NCBI GenBank assembly: GCA_016840425.1
Contig: JAEOSI010000138.1
Span: forward strand, 1 to 6,195
DNA: 6,195 nt
Source: Candidatus Wukongarchaeum yapensis
Lineage (GTDB): Archaea; Asgardarchaeota; Wukongarchaeia; Wukongarchaeales; Wukongarchaeaceae
Reading direction: 5' to 3'
Below are positions 5,817 to 6,195 of the stretch, piece after piece. The notes beneath the pieces are model-generated. The model was given only the letters and a program-made list of their open reading frames with translations, was not told the DNA's origin and did no database searches. Position 1 is the first letter of the stretch, and each line of letters starts with the position of its first letter. A program made the translations under genes and the position numbers.

Positions 5817-6134
5817 TCAACGTTGGGACTTAAGGCGTTCTAACACCTCAGAAAAAGTTAAATCTTCTTCGATTAAAACCTGCTTTTCTCGGGATTTTAA
5901 ACCTTTAACTATTTTAATCTTCGAAGAGCTCAAACCAAATGTTTTAGACAAAATTTTTACTAATTCCTTGTTTGCTTTCCCGCCCGTGGGGGGAGATTTT
6001 AAAAACACAACAATAAATCCCTCATTTTCATCAAAAAAAACTTCTGATCTCCCACTTTTTGGCTTCACAAAAACATTAAGAACAACACCATTACCCGAAC
6101 CATCACTAACAATAATATCCACAATTAACACCAA
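5817..6134 (-). CDS. DUF167 / UPF0235 (YggU-like) protein
   Basis: VVLNVFVKPKS, VFLKSPPTGGKANKELVKILSKTFG, IKIVKGLKSREKQVLI. The start could instead be the GTG at 6131 or 6122 (the latter has a GGTG SD-like site upstream). Confidence 0.92.
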   Translation of the reverse strand: MVLIVDIIVSDGSGNGVVLNVFVKPKSGRSEVFFDENEGFIVVFLKSPPTGGKANKELVKILSKTFGLSSSKIKIVKGLKSREKQVLIEEDLTFSEVLERLKSQR

Positions 6135-6168
6135 AAAAATACAAAAAGAAAATTTATACGATTGAAAG

Positions 6169-6195
6169 GTTTAAACAGTAAGCTTAAATATTTTT
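6169..6195 (-). promoter_or_regulatory. Candidate promoter of the DUF167 gene
   Basis: Minus strand reads AAAAATATTTAAGC (6182-6195) and GTTTAAAC (6169-6176, palindrome), 35-60 nt upstream of the start. Confidence 0.3.

Noticed and set aside
5545-6165. ORFs 5545-5793 (-), 5589-5786 (-, hydrophobic) and 5752-6165 (+)
   Set aside because: Shadows of tmk, the sRNA and DUF167; the hydrophobicity is an artefact of reading the T-rich antisense of an A-rich strand.
1-6195. CRISPR array, tRNA, rRNA, IS elements
   Set aside because: No regularly spaced repeats, cloverleaf, rRNA-like sequence or transposase seen.

Overview
Low-GC archaeal housekeeping/accessory window with seven protein genes: 5'-truncated hypD, a DUF123/COG1833 GIY-YIG nuclease, a single-domain KaiC-like ATPase, a 392-aa multidomain protein, MEMO1/AmrB, an atypical thymidylate kinase and DUF167/YggU. 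No mobile element, CRISPR array, tRNA or rRNA is seen. Highlights: (1) the 392-aa protein reads as a longin + roadblock + degenerate Mrr-type restriction-endonuclease-fold fusion directly downstream of the KaiC-like ATPase, a candidate signalling module of an Asgard/TACK-like archaeon; (2) a candidate box C/D guide sRNA, absent from the ORF track, between tmk and DUF167; (3) a Tmk with both the P-loop Lys and the DRY Asp substituted; (4) a sawtooth G+T skew that resets at intergenic regions regardless of gene orientation. All domain calls are from visual motif recognition, not database searches.
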